A stretch of 34,614 nucleotides of DNA from Conidiobolus incongruus B7586 (taxonomy: Eukaryota): contig JNEM01011182.1 of NCBI GenBank assembly GCA_000697335.1, forward strand, positions 1 through 34,614, in the 5' to 3' direction. This document shows, piece after piece, positions 13,150 through 23,794 of this stretch. Numbering within the stretch: the stretch's first letter is position 1; every line of letters begins with the position of its first letter. A program made the translations under genes and the position numbers. The notes under the pieces were generated by a model, which was not told the DNA's origin, did no database searches, and was given only the letters and a program-made list of their open reading frames with translations.

Positions 13150-13805
13150 TTTTATTGATTAGATAGCAATGTCAAGTATTTCTTATTTTAACAGCCGAAT
13201 TTTAGTTTTATTAGTTTATATTTCAAATATATATTTTGACCAATTGAATTTTTGGTTGCAATTATTGTTTGGAATAATATTGATTGATTGTGTGCATGAT
13301 CAATCCTTTGTCAAATTAATTTTTGCTGGTACTGATCAATTATTAAACTGAGTAATTGTTAAGAGATTAGATGTCGAATTTCTTACCATATTTTATGTTA
13401 TTTGCTAATGTTTAAATAATCATGGATTTTGATGTTAAAATTGTACCTATGTCCAATTGTTATACATGTCTATTTTATGGATAAATTGTTTTATTGAATA
13501 AACAATGTTCCTCTGCCTTTCTCTCGAATTCTATTGCTATTCTCGATTATCATTAATTATAATCGTTACCTAATATTTGAGACGATTCCTATCAATATAC
13601 TAATATTATCGATAATATTAGCTATTAATTATTATATTCAAATCTCTAATAACACTACCACTAATTTACCAAATTTACTACTTCAGTTACCATTATTAAT
13701 TCTTCCTTCGCATTATACCTGGTTTCAGCTATATTTAAGTTGTAAAAAAATTTTTTGACAAATGAAAAAAACTAGCAATAAAGTGAATATAATATATTTA
13801 GATAT
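13150..13805 (-). pseudogene. Possible decayed secreted trypsin-like serine protease relic
   Basis: The minus strand gives a signal-peptide-like KYIIFTLLLVFSFV, then EGRINNG/TEVV (across a 1-nt frameshift), NIIDNISIL, NIVYSIKQFIH and INIIPNNNCNQKF. Catalytic motifs are not recognisable. Confidence 0.3.
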
Positions 13806-13919
13806 TTTAAATTTAAAATAATGCTTTTTTCATATCATGCAATCTATTTTTTGCTAAAAAAATTTAATCCGATGATTACTATATATTAGTTTATTAATAA
13901 ATAATTTCGCATTTATAAT

Positions 13920-15050
13920 TTCAAATTTTTTAAACTTTAATAATAATTTTAAAATGAGAGTTTATAGTTCCAAACACTATATAAATCCATTTACATAACT
14001 TTTTAATTTCAAATTTGTTTTTAAATTTAATATAACTTAAACTAAGGCAAAATTATCAATAAAGCTTTATTTGAATATGGTTAGAACTTTAATATTTCTA
14101 AAATATTTCAAATATTATAAACAACTTGAGAAGATGATATCTTATCCAAAACTAATAATTGCTTCTGTATATGTGATTTTAAAGAACTAATTCAATATGC
14201 AAAATTTTTCAAATTTGGAAAAATAATTTTCATTATCAATTTTTTAATATTTAAAAAATATATATTCAAATGGATCCTTTTGTTTCATCTAGTTAGTCAT
14301 TAATGAATATTTAACTTAATCTTATATATATTATATTGTAATATTTAAATTTGGTTAAATTAATAAATATACAAATTGGTTCATTTATAATTTAACAAAG
14401 GATTAGGAAAAAAACAAAGTAATTATATCTATATAAAGCTTATATAAGCACATTAAAAACTAAGATTTTATATCAAATTATTATAATTGATAAATTATAG
14501 ATCCATATATATATATATATTGTTTTCTTATAACAGAGTAAAATATTTTACTATATTAAAACAGACAATATAAAATTCAAAGAATAAATATAGTATTTAG
14601 TAATAAATTTTAATTGTTACAGTGGATTATAATTTTATATTATGTTATATTTAATTCTTGATAGGAAAAAAATAGTAAGCTTAATATGTAAAACTAAAAC
14701 TGTAAAAGATTTCTTTAATAAAAATATATGTAAAGTTTAATTACATTTAATATACTCAATAGATTATTGTCTTTGTGGCAATATTTACTTTGGGCAATCA
14801 AAAGATATTGATGCAAAAAGTAAATTTCAATACAAATATTTAATTGATTTATTAAATGTCAAATTCTACTGCTTAATAAAAAGAATGGGTTTTTAAGTTT
14901 TATAAATTTGCCAAAAATATAGCAGAGTTGTTAATAATATAGGAGAGTATTCACTTTATATCTCTTAATTATTTGTACAAATTTTATATTCAAAATCATA
15001 TTCAAATTTTCAAAAAGCGTCATTACTCAACTTCAAGGGTAATACCATTG
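13920..15050 (+). repeat. Copy A of a diverged ~1.1-1.3 kb direct duplication (partner 23795-25080)
   Basis: Collinear shared blocks include an identical TTGCCAAAAATATAGCA (14908-14924 vs 24938-24954), TATAATTTAACAAA, TTATAAACA(A/G)CTT and GGCAAT(C/T)A. Confidence 0.65.
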
Positions 15051-16071
15051 TGATGTATAATTTCATCTCAAACTAATGATGCCATTTTTAAAATTTTCAG
15101 TTGGAACCAAGTTATTGAATTTATTGTGAATTTGTCAGGAATGATGTGAAATCAAGATCAATTTTTTATTGGGTATTTTATATTAAGAAATTTTACCATC
15201 TATTAAAATGTTTCAATGTTAGATCAAATAAATATTCATTTAAATATAATATAAATAGTTTTTCAAAACCTGGGAATTAATTTTATAACTGATTTTTAAA
15301 ATATTTCAATATTATCCAATAATAAGTATGTTAAAATATGATATCGGATCAATAACATTTTTATCTTTTCATTGTAATACATTCAAAGTTATATATAATT
15401 TTATGATTTAATCAAATATATATTACCAATTTAATTGAGAATTTTCAGATTTATTTGCACTATCTTTAGAATATATCTTTTAATGATATTAAAAAATTAA
15501 CAAATAAGTCAATACGGTAATTAAAATAATTATATTTATAAAGGAATATACTATAAAAATTAAAATCAAAACATATTGAAGTAATACAAAATGGATTGAA
15601 TAATCATTGTTCAATAAATATCAAACATCAAATCTAAAAAATTAAATCAAACTTAAGAACTTTATTAAAATCCCTAAGTGAAATTTATTAACTCGGTCTA
15701 AACAAAAAATAAATTACAATTAGCAAAGATTATCTGATATTTTCATAAATATTCAATTTAACTGATGAAACACCCCAAGAAGAATTTACTTATATTATGA
15801 GAATCACACATTTGACCATTTTTAAATTCCAATTTAACCCTGGATCCATTCACTTAATAACTCCTTCAAAATCAGCCAATGAAATCAGGCCAAAAGACCA
15901 AACTCAAACAATCAACCTATGCACAACACAAATTTTCCCTAATATAAATCCATAATTGAAAAAAATCTTTCGATTATCTTAAATTTTATTTTGGCCGTTA
16001 TAGCATAGATTAATCACGAATGTTCATCACTTAAGGTGGATTCAAGCGGTTGGATAAGTGTAGAAAAATAG

Positions 16072-16079
16072 TATATAAA
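16072..16079 (+). promoter_or_regulatory. TATA box of the guanine deaminase gene
   Basis: TATATAAA about 75 nt upstream of the ATG at 16153, with a GATAAG at 16053-16058 just upstream. Confidence 0.5.
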
Positions 16080-16152
16080 TACTGAATTCGGCTAAAGATG
16101 TCATAGTTTTGTAAAAATATAAATAATAACAAATATAAAAGGAGAAACAAAT

Positions 16153-17481
16153 ATGAAATTAATCGTTGGTACTATTATTCACTCTTTAGGTTTGACAGAG
16201 TTAGAAATTATTGAAAATGGCGCTTTGTTAATCGATGATAACGGTATTATTGCTGAAGTTTTCAAGATTTTTGGTGAGGAAGATAAACAGGAAGTGTTTT
16301 CCAAATACAACTTGACCGAAGAGAATTTGATCCAGCTGTCCGAAACGCAATTCATTTTCCCTGGTCTTATCGACTGCCATATTCACGCTCCTCAATATCA
16401 AAACTTGGGTACCGGTTTGGATTTACCCCTAATGAAATGGCTCAACGAATATACTTTCCCTGCGGAATCTAGCTTTCAAGATATTGACAAGGCTAAAGTC
16501 GTCTATCCTAAGTTAGTTGAACAACTTGTAAGGCAAGGTACTACTGCTGCATGTTATTTTGGTACTATTCACGTAGAAGCCAGCAAAGAATTGGCCAGAG
16601 CTGTCCAAAACAAGGGACAACGTGGCTATATTGGCAAAGTGTGTATGGATATCAACTCTCCCGACAACTATGTCGAAAACACTGAAGAGAGCTTGAAAGG
16701 TACTGAAGAATTTGTCGAAGCTTTATTAGGCGAAGAGTTTAAGGAAAAGGACTTGATCACACCTATTATCACTCCAAGGTTCGCTCCCACATGTTCCATG
16801 GAATTATTGAAGGGATTGGCCAAGTTAGCCAACCAATACGACCTACCCATCCAATCTCATTTCGCTGAAAGTCACGACGAAGTCCAGTTCACTACCGAGT
16901 TGTATCCCTCAGAAAACTATAAGGATGTGTTCGAGCAAGTAGGTCTCTTAGGCAACAAATCCGTTATGGCTCACTGCTGCTATTCTGGTCCCGTAGAAAT
17001 TGAAGCTCTCAAGCGCACTGGCACAGGTATTGCTCATTGTCCCACCTCCAATTTCTTCGTTGGGGGCATTTTAAACACTAGAGAAATGGTTGAAAACGGC
17101 GTCAAAATTGGTTTAGGTACCGACGTCAGCGGTGGTTTCTCATCTTCGGTGATCCAAAACATTCGCACTGCAATGATCAATTCTCAAGTTGTGTTCATGA
17201 CCAAAGAACGCAAGTACAAGCCCATCCAACTCAAAGAAGCCGTATATATCGCCACCATGGGTGGTGCCGAAGTTATGGGTCTTGACAAGAAAGTGGGTAA
17301 TTTTCTAGTAGGCAAAGAATTTGACAGTATCTTGGTAGACTTAAAATCCAAGGGTACCAACATTGAACTCTTCCCTGAAGACACCCCCTTAAGAAGATTC
17401 GAAAAATTCATCATGACTGGAGACGATCGTAATATCCTTAAAGTTTTCGTCAAGGGTAATTGTATTCATGAAAATATCTGA
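16153..17481 (+). CDS. GUD1: Guanine deaminase (amidohydrolase superfamily), 442 aa, intronless
   Basis: Motifs PGLIDCHIHAPQY, WLNEYTFPAE, GTTAACYFGTIH, ITPRFAPTCS, IQSHFAE, AHCPTSN, GLGTDVSGG and GDDRNI are diagnostic of guanine deaminases. Confidence 0.97.
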   Translation: MKLIVGTIIHSLGLTELEIIENGALLIDDNGIIAEVFKIFGEEDKQEVFSKYNLTEENLIQLSETQFIFPGLIDCHIHAPQYQNLGTGLDLPLMKWLNEYTFPAESSFQDIDKAKVVYPKLVEQLVRQGTTAACYFGTIHVEASKELARAVQNKGQRGYIGKVCMDINSPDNYVENTEESLKGTEEFVEALLGEEFKEKDLITPIITPRFAPTCSMELLKGLAKLANQYDLPIQSHFAESHDEVQFTTELYPSENYKDVFEQVGLLGNKSVMAHCCYSGPVEIEALKRTGTGIAHCPTSNFFVGGILNTREMVENGVKIGLGTDVSGGFSSSVIQNIRTAMINSQVVFMTKERKYKPIQLKEAVYIATMGGAEVMGLDKKVGNFLVGKEFDSILVDLKSKGTNIELFPEDTPLRRFEKFIMTGDDRNILKVFVKGNCIHENI

Positions 17482-18465
17482 TTTTTATATAAATAGTTCT
17501 CTTTGTTATCACTATATTGCAAAATTGTTAAGTAGATAATTCTAATATCAGTGGTAGTTTTTAATTTATAATGTAAAAATAATAAATGTGATTATTAATC
17601 ATGTTTTGAATTGAGTACATTTTTTAAAATAAATTGAATTTAAACTGAAATTACTTCATTATTTAGATATCATAAAATATTGTTAATTATATTGTAAATA
17701 TCAAATATTTTATAACTATTATTTTGCTTAAATTACTTTGAATTTGATAAATTCAATATATTTTTTTCTCGAAATTGGGATTCAAAAAATTAATTATCCT
17801 CATTAATTAATAATTTATATAATTTATAGTCTAAAATAAAATAAAACCAATCAAACATCAACATATACATATTAATATACCTTACCATATGAATTCATTT
17901 CAAAAATGATGTTAAAAACATTCACACTTTTTTCGTTATGACTACCACCCAAATAGTATCAAAGCAACTTAAAAGTGAAAAAAAATTGATATATTGGTAG
18001 ATTCGAAAAATAATTATATGAACCCACTAGTAAAATTATAAATAGATATTGATATTAAAATGATAATATAATATTAATTTATAAAACTATAAATGTATAA
18101 ATGATAACTCATAAAAATATAATCACAAAATCAGTTTTGAACTATATTGAGTAATTTCAAAATTGTTCAACAATTATCACCTTAAAAACGCGAATTTTTG
18201 ACTAATTTTTTTTTGAATTATTATAATAATTATATCAATTTCATTATAAAAAAAGTGTTATATTTAATTTAATAACATGTGGTTACAGTTTGAAAAAATG
18301 TATATTATAAAAAGAAAGTTATTTAATATAAATAATATTCGTGAATCAATATAAAAATTCATAGTATTGAATTTAAATAGTTCAAATCAAAAATTCAATA
18401 TTACAATTAATAAATTGAATATTTTTTATAATATACCAAATAAAAATGTGTTCTAATATCAAAGG

Positions 18466-21229
18466 CTATTTTCTCCAATATTGTGCCCACTTGTGAATCG
18501 TTTCAATGACCTGAGGGAATAGCGCACTCACACTCTCGTTAATCAAAGTTTGGAAGAATTGACTCGCCTCTTCATCGGTTAGTTCCAAACAAAATTTCTC
18601 CTGAACTTTCATCACCGCTTTATCCGGCTCGATAGCAATATCTGGTATGTTGGCATCAACCATGAGAGATAACAAGTTGAGGATAAGGTTAGCAGACTTT
18701 CGGAGGGAATTGAAGGTGACAAAGCAGTAGGATTTAAATTTCAGGTGGTGGGGAGATTGGGCACCCCCCATTGCTTCAATCATTTCTTTACATAATTTCA
18801 TAGGTGGTGGGAATGGTTTAGGATCTCTGCCTAGTATGTAGCCAAAGTCGATGTGGAATAAATGGCCGTCTGGTGTGAGTAAGAGATTGTCCAAATGGCG
18901 ATCTCCTACACCTAATAGGTACGTGATGACACAATAGCCGGCACAACTCTTGAGATATGTATCCATGACACTTGGCTCAACACCGTAGGGACCATCTGGA
19001 TTAGGATTGTGAAGGCGCAGGTAATCGAGTAGAGACCCATTGTGCTCTGACAAAATTGCTGCTAGAGACTGTGATGGAATGAATTGAATCATACCATGTT
19101 CTGAACCCGTTGCTAGGACTCTATAGGGTGTGAGTTTGAGATCGAGATTCTCCTTTCGCAGTAAATTGTCCATAAGCATAATGATTTGAATAACAAGTTG
19201 ATCTTGGCGAAGATCATCTCCTAACTTAAACATTAAATTATATTCTGATGGACTGGTTGATAAATTGTCAGATTTTGGCGCACATTTGAAAGTTAATTTA
19301 AGTGGTAGTAGATTACTCTTGAAAATTGTACACTTATCAGGGATAACGCCAGTTACTTCAACCTCTGGATCAAGAGGCAATGGTAAAGGAGGGAACGAAT
19401 GTAATGGATGCTTAGGATCAGATAACATCGATCTAAATTTGTCAATCTTTTTAGTTCGAACATCCTTCTTAGCTCTCATCTTCTTACTGATATTCAACAA
19501 ACACTCCACCATTTCTCCTTGCCGCCTTAACATTTCGCGACGTTCGTGACCCCCCGGAATTTCCATCATTGCTGACATATACTGGAATGCTATTTTGGCG
19601 TACATTCTGCCATGGGTTTTATCTTCACATTCAACCATTAAATACCAATGAAATCTGGAACCTAATATGTGATTTTTAAGTGATCGCATAATTAAAAACT
19701 CGGCAAGGGAAGATGGTGTATTGGAAGAGTTTTTCGACTCACTCTTATCGAATTTAAGAGCTTGAACTAATTGCAATAAGTATAGCAATAAATCCGAATC
19801 GTTAGCCTTTTCCAACTGTCTGACAGCGTAAGCTCTGACATTAGGATCTTCGAATTTAGATCCCAACAATTCCAAAGCATCTTCCACTTCGATATCGACC
19901 CAATTTTCTAGAAGTTCAACAGCCTGTTTAGATTCCCATCCATCGGACCACATCACACACTTGACAAATTTTGTCAAAGCTTTCTTGTCTTTAGTTAAGA
20001 AGTATCTGAATTTCCAAATTATATCTTTCTCCTCTTCCTTCAGAACTTGTGTTGGAGGGAATTTTAATATTTGATTGAGAAGATCTCTATAATGAGCATT
20101 AGGCTTAAGCTCTTTGTCCAAAGGTCCTGATCGATGACTACGAACAAGTCTACGATGTTTCACTTCAACGGGATTATCCCGATATGGTTCCATATCCCAA
20201 ACATGAATGCAAAAATCAAGTGGTCCAGGTGTGGCAGGTGGTTGAACTGGTAAAGGTGCTTCCATTTCACTGAAAACCAAAGGAAAGTCAAACGTGGGCA
20301 AATCAATATACAAAAACAACTTTTCGCTGTTAGCACTCTGCTTTGCATGAATTTTTTCAATCTCTCTAAATGCCAACTTATCCAACCAATCAATTCTAGG
20401 AATATCTCCAGATTCTTGCTTCTTAACCAGCTTTTCTAATCTGTCCATTTCGTCCTTTTGTCTCTGTTTGCTCGGCGTTGTGCTGTTGGGATTACCGTCT
20501 CCAACAACTCCAGGCCATAGAAATAATTTTTGTTTCCCTTTGCGCAAAGTATTGTTGCTCGTAAATAAATTGAGTGTCGTACCGCCTACGGGTCGTTCCA
20601 ATTCTGTGGTATAGCATGACTCGTAAACTGTAAATACTAATTGAGCGTCAATTGGTAAATCTTTAATTAATATTGGTAAGGTTAACCACTCTTTCCATCT
20701 ATAAAATTATATTATTATTTTATGAATATGTAATATTAAAAATATATTAATTACGAATAATTCTTATTTGGAAAATGTTTATAACTTGTTCTAATAGGTA
20801 AGGTCAAAGGGTTACCATTACTGAATAGTTGCATTGTGACATAGACATCTTGATTACTAAATTTATTGAAGAAATTAATAAATATAATAAATACTATAAC
20901 TAAAACATTGAACAAATATAATGTTTAAAGTGAAAAACTAAAAATTTCCCAATATCGCTACTTACTTAAATCTCAACTCCCTAAAGAAATACTCTTCCTC
21001 GTGGAACTCATTAGGTACCTCCTTCTCATTAGCAGTCTCTTTCCCATTTTTCCAATTTTCCAATTTATGTAAATTACCTTCCAAAGTAGATCTATTAAAG
21101 TAAATTAAATAAAATAAAAACTTAAAAAATGTTATAATGATAGTACATTTTAACCTTGAGCTCTAATTCCAACTGACTCGTTAAACAATAAGAAAAATCT
21201 TTAATTTGAGAACTTTGACGAAAGTTCAT
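18466..21229 (-). CDS. VPS34: Class III phosphatidylinositol 3-kinase Vps34, about 847 aa, 4 exons
   Basis: Exons 21229-21147, 21091-20966, 20856-20755 and 20698-18466 are separated by GT-AG introns of 55, 109 and 56 nt. Splicing restores the C2 domain (MNFRQ..DFSYCL..STLEG..LPIRTSYK..WKEWLTLPI). Kinase motifs are FKLGDDLRQDQL, LGVGDRHLDN and HIDFG, and the C-terminus is HKWAQYWRK. Confidence 0.97.
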
Positions 21230-21587
21230 CTTCTAATTATTCCGAATATTCTTTGATACAACTCAATAAATTATTACTATTATTTTTAAATATTTAAATT
21301 TTTATATGATTGTTATTTTAATTTTGAATTTGGATTATGTTTTTTAAAGGTGTAATTAGATGAATATTTGATTAAATAGAATTAATTGGAGCAATTATGG
21401 GAGGGAGTGAAATGTAAACAAAATTTAAAATCTGGTATTATGTTAGAGAAAAAATATAAATACATTAGTTGAAATAAAAATAATTTATTAAAAGCATTGA
21501 AATTATCATTTATGATACAACAATTATTCGTAGAGTGATTTTTTAATATTCACCAGAATTAATCTATTATATAAACCATATAATTAT

Positions 21588-21659
21588 ATTTTCTTGTTGT
21601 GGTGGCTATAAAATGTGCTTCAAATGTAAAGGTCCTCAGTTCATTCTTGGGTGAAAACA
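21588..21659 (+). pseudogene. Degenerate tRNA-Val-like sequence (tRNA pseudogene or tRNA-derived relic)
   Basis: 72-nt cloverleaf remnant. Acceptor ATTTTCT/TGAAAAC pairs at 5 of 7 with discriminator A. It has a D-loop-like GGTGGCTAT, anticodon arm TGTGC-TTCAAAT-GTAAA, variable GGTC and T-arm CTCAG-TTCATTC-TTGGG. The layout resembles eukaryotic tRNA-Val. Confidence 0.5.
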
Positions 21660-21759
21660 TATATTCAATAGCGCATTGTTTTTTCTTACTGGAAATTTTT
21701 TATGAAAATTAATAATGATTTCTAGTGGAAATAATTTAATCTTTCTTAATTTGTATTAA

Positions 21760-22830
21760 TAATGGCTGACTCTCTGCTAATCTTAAAATTTACGATATAT
21801 TTTGATCAAATTTGCCCTGAATACATACTATTATTCTGTTACATATATTATCAAAAATTAATTAGAAACTAGATTTTGCATATACATTATGAATTATTTC
21901 ACTATGAAAATATATAAGTTTCAAAACAACTTGATAACACCTTTTATTTAGTTTATTATATTTATAATATATTATTTTTACACTCTAGTTTGTAATATCT
22001 GTAAGTATTATTTAACAAATGATAATTCATAATTATATTATCATATGCTTTTTAAGATATGGTACTTTAAATATTTTAATATTGTTTCAATATTATAAAT
22101 TTGATTATTCCATTTCAAAAATTATCAAAACTGAATTTAAAAAAACTCATTAAAATGATAAAATTAATACTGTTTGATATTTTTGAATATCATACTACTT
22201 AATTAATGTTATACACACATTCGACTTAAATCTCAATTTGATGTAAACTCAATGATGTGAATAAACAAATAGTTTTTTATTTAAGACATAAATATCAGGA
22301 TATAAAAAATATTAAATAATAAAATATATTCTTTAATTCATAAAATTCGAATGCTCAAATATTAAAATTAATCTCTAAAATATATTGTAATCCCTTTCAA
22401 TTTGAATTATTAATATCTTACAAGAAAAATTTTTATAGAATACATCAACCATTTTCAAGAGCATTTTAGTCAATATGAACTGTAAACATGTTCAGTTGTG
22501 TTAAAAATCCAACAACCTTAAAACATAAATATCATAATAAATATTTTATTCAATCAAGTCATTATTGTAAAAGATATTTGATATAAAATTGACATTGAAA
22601 TATGCTCGAAAGATTATTGGTAATCCATTATTAAAAAAGATATATTAATACTTAATAATTTTCATTCAACTATTGATATAGCGTATATTGACAGTTTTAA
22701 TGACCCAAAATATATGAAAAGATTTTATTGGATTTGTTGTTGGTCAAATTGAATGTATATTTAGTCAAGGGCCACTCTCAAGTTGGCTAATCTTTAATTT
22801 CATTTATAATTTATCAATTACAAATCCAAC
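21760..22830 (+). pseudogene. Decayed F-box/LRR-like gene relic
   Basis: MADSLLILKFTIYFDQICPEYILLFCYIYYQKL resembles an eroded N-terminal F-box. Downstream are stop-riddled Leu/Ile-periodic fragments ending in QGPLSSWLIFNF. Confidence 0.3.
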
Positions 22831-23025
22831 TTTGATAAATATGATATAATAATAATAAATTAATCATAATTACGAAATTTAACTTTTTAGATTAATTTTT
22901 ATCATTCATGTATATAAAAACAACTATATAATTTATTTCACATATATATAAATAATGTTTAATATAAAAAGTACAAAATTGGTATTATACTTTACTATTT
23001 TCTATTCATTACAATAATCAAAATA

Positions 23026-23480
23026 ATGGAAGATAAAAATTCTCAAAACGTAATAAAGCATTCAAAGGTGACAAGAATCCCATGTAATGTGCCTAGCTAA
23101 TGCAATGTTGTGCAAGACTGGATAAGATATGGGCCATCAATATTTTGTCGATCACAAGGCAGAAATAAAATCTCCCAAGTCTGTAGTTATTGGTGTTAAG
23201 GAATCCGTTAAAGAATTTCCAGTTTTAACTGTATCAATCAAATGAGAAAACAGATCTATTCTCTAAATTAAATGTGTAAGTGATAATGATGAAGCTATAG
23301 TTTATTATGGTTTTAATATACTATAAGAATTTATGGTATTGAGGAAATATCCTCGCTGAGTGCCCCTTACCAACACAACTTCGCACTTTTTTAATCTTGA
23401 GAGAGGAAAAGGTGTACTAACCTTTCACTAACCAGAAGCATATGAGAATATGTCTTGAATGCAAGAAATATTTAGGTATG
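23026..23480 (+). pseudogene. Possible Zn(II)2Cys6 transcription factor relic
   Basis: The ATG at 23026 gives MEDKNSQNVIKHSKVTRIPCN. With frameshifts this continues CLANAMLC...GPSIFC...VCSYW, approximating C-x2-C-x6-C...C-x2-C...C spacing. The region is GC-enriched relative to its flanks and has a donor-like GTATGT near 23477. Confidence 0.25.
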
Positions 23481-23794
23481 TAGTTAATTTATAGCATCCA
23501 AGTTATTTAATTAATATATTACATAATTTTCTATAATTATTATTTTAAACCAACATAGCTGCTTGTTATATCAACTTAATAACTAATTTTATATATTCAA
23601 GTTTATAAAATTTTAATATTCAGGATTGCGAGATAACAGGGTTTGATTCAATTTGATTGTTGATATTTGACTGTGGACTAATTTGACTTGATCATTACCC
23701 CAATTCAAATTAGTTATATTAAATACATTTGAAAATATATAATTGTGATTAATGATTAATCAGTAATCTGATTATTAGCTTAGAAAGAAAAAAT

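Noticed and set aside
13169..13758. 60-aa and 74-aa plus-strand ORFs
   Set aside because: Ile/Leu/Asn-rich chance ORFs in AT-rich DNA; the opposite strand has the more plausible signal.
15761..15800. CTGATGA...GAA resembling a hammerhead ribozyme core
   Set aside because: No stem II/GAAA arrangement or flanking helices could be formed.
16153..17481. Horizontal transfer of the intronless guanine deaminase from bacteria
   Set aside because: The N-terminal GTIIHS and C-terminal GDDRNI style and the codon usage are compatible with a native fungal gene; lack of introns alone is not evidence.
16668..20393. Short antisense or alternate-frame ORFs within GUD1 and VPS34
   Set aside because: Shadows of conserved coding sequence.
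23080..23265. Minus-strand RIDLFSHLIDTVKTGNSLTD (P450-like) and YPVLHNIAL (hAT-like) snippets
   Set aside because: Isolated resemblances without the neighbouring diagnostic motifs.
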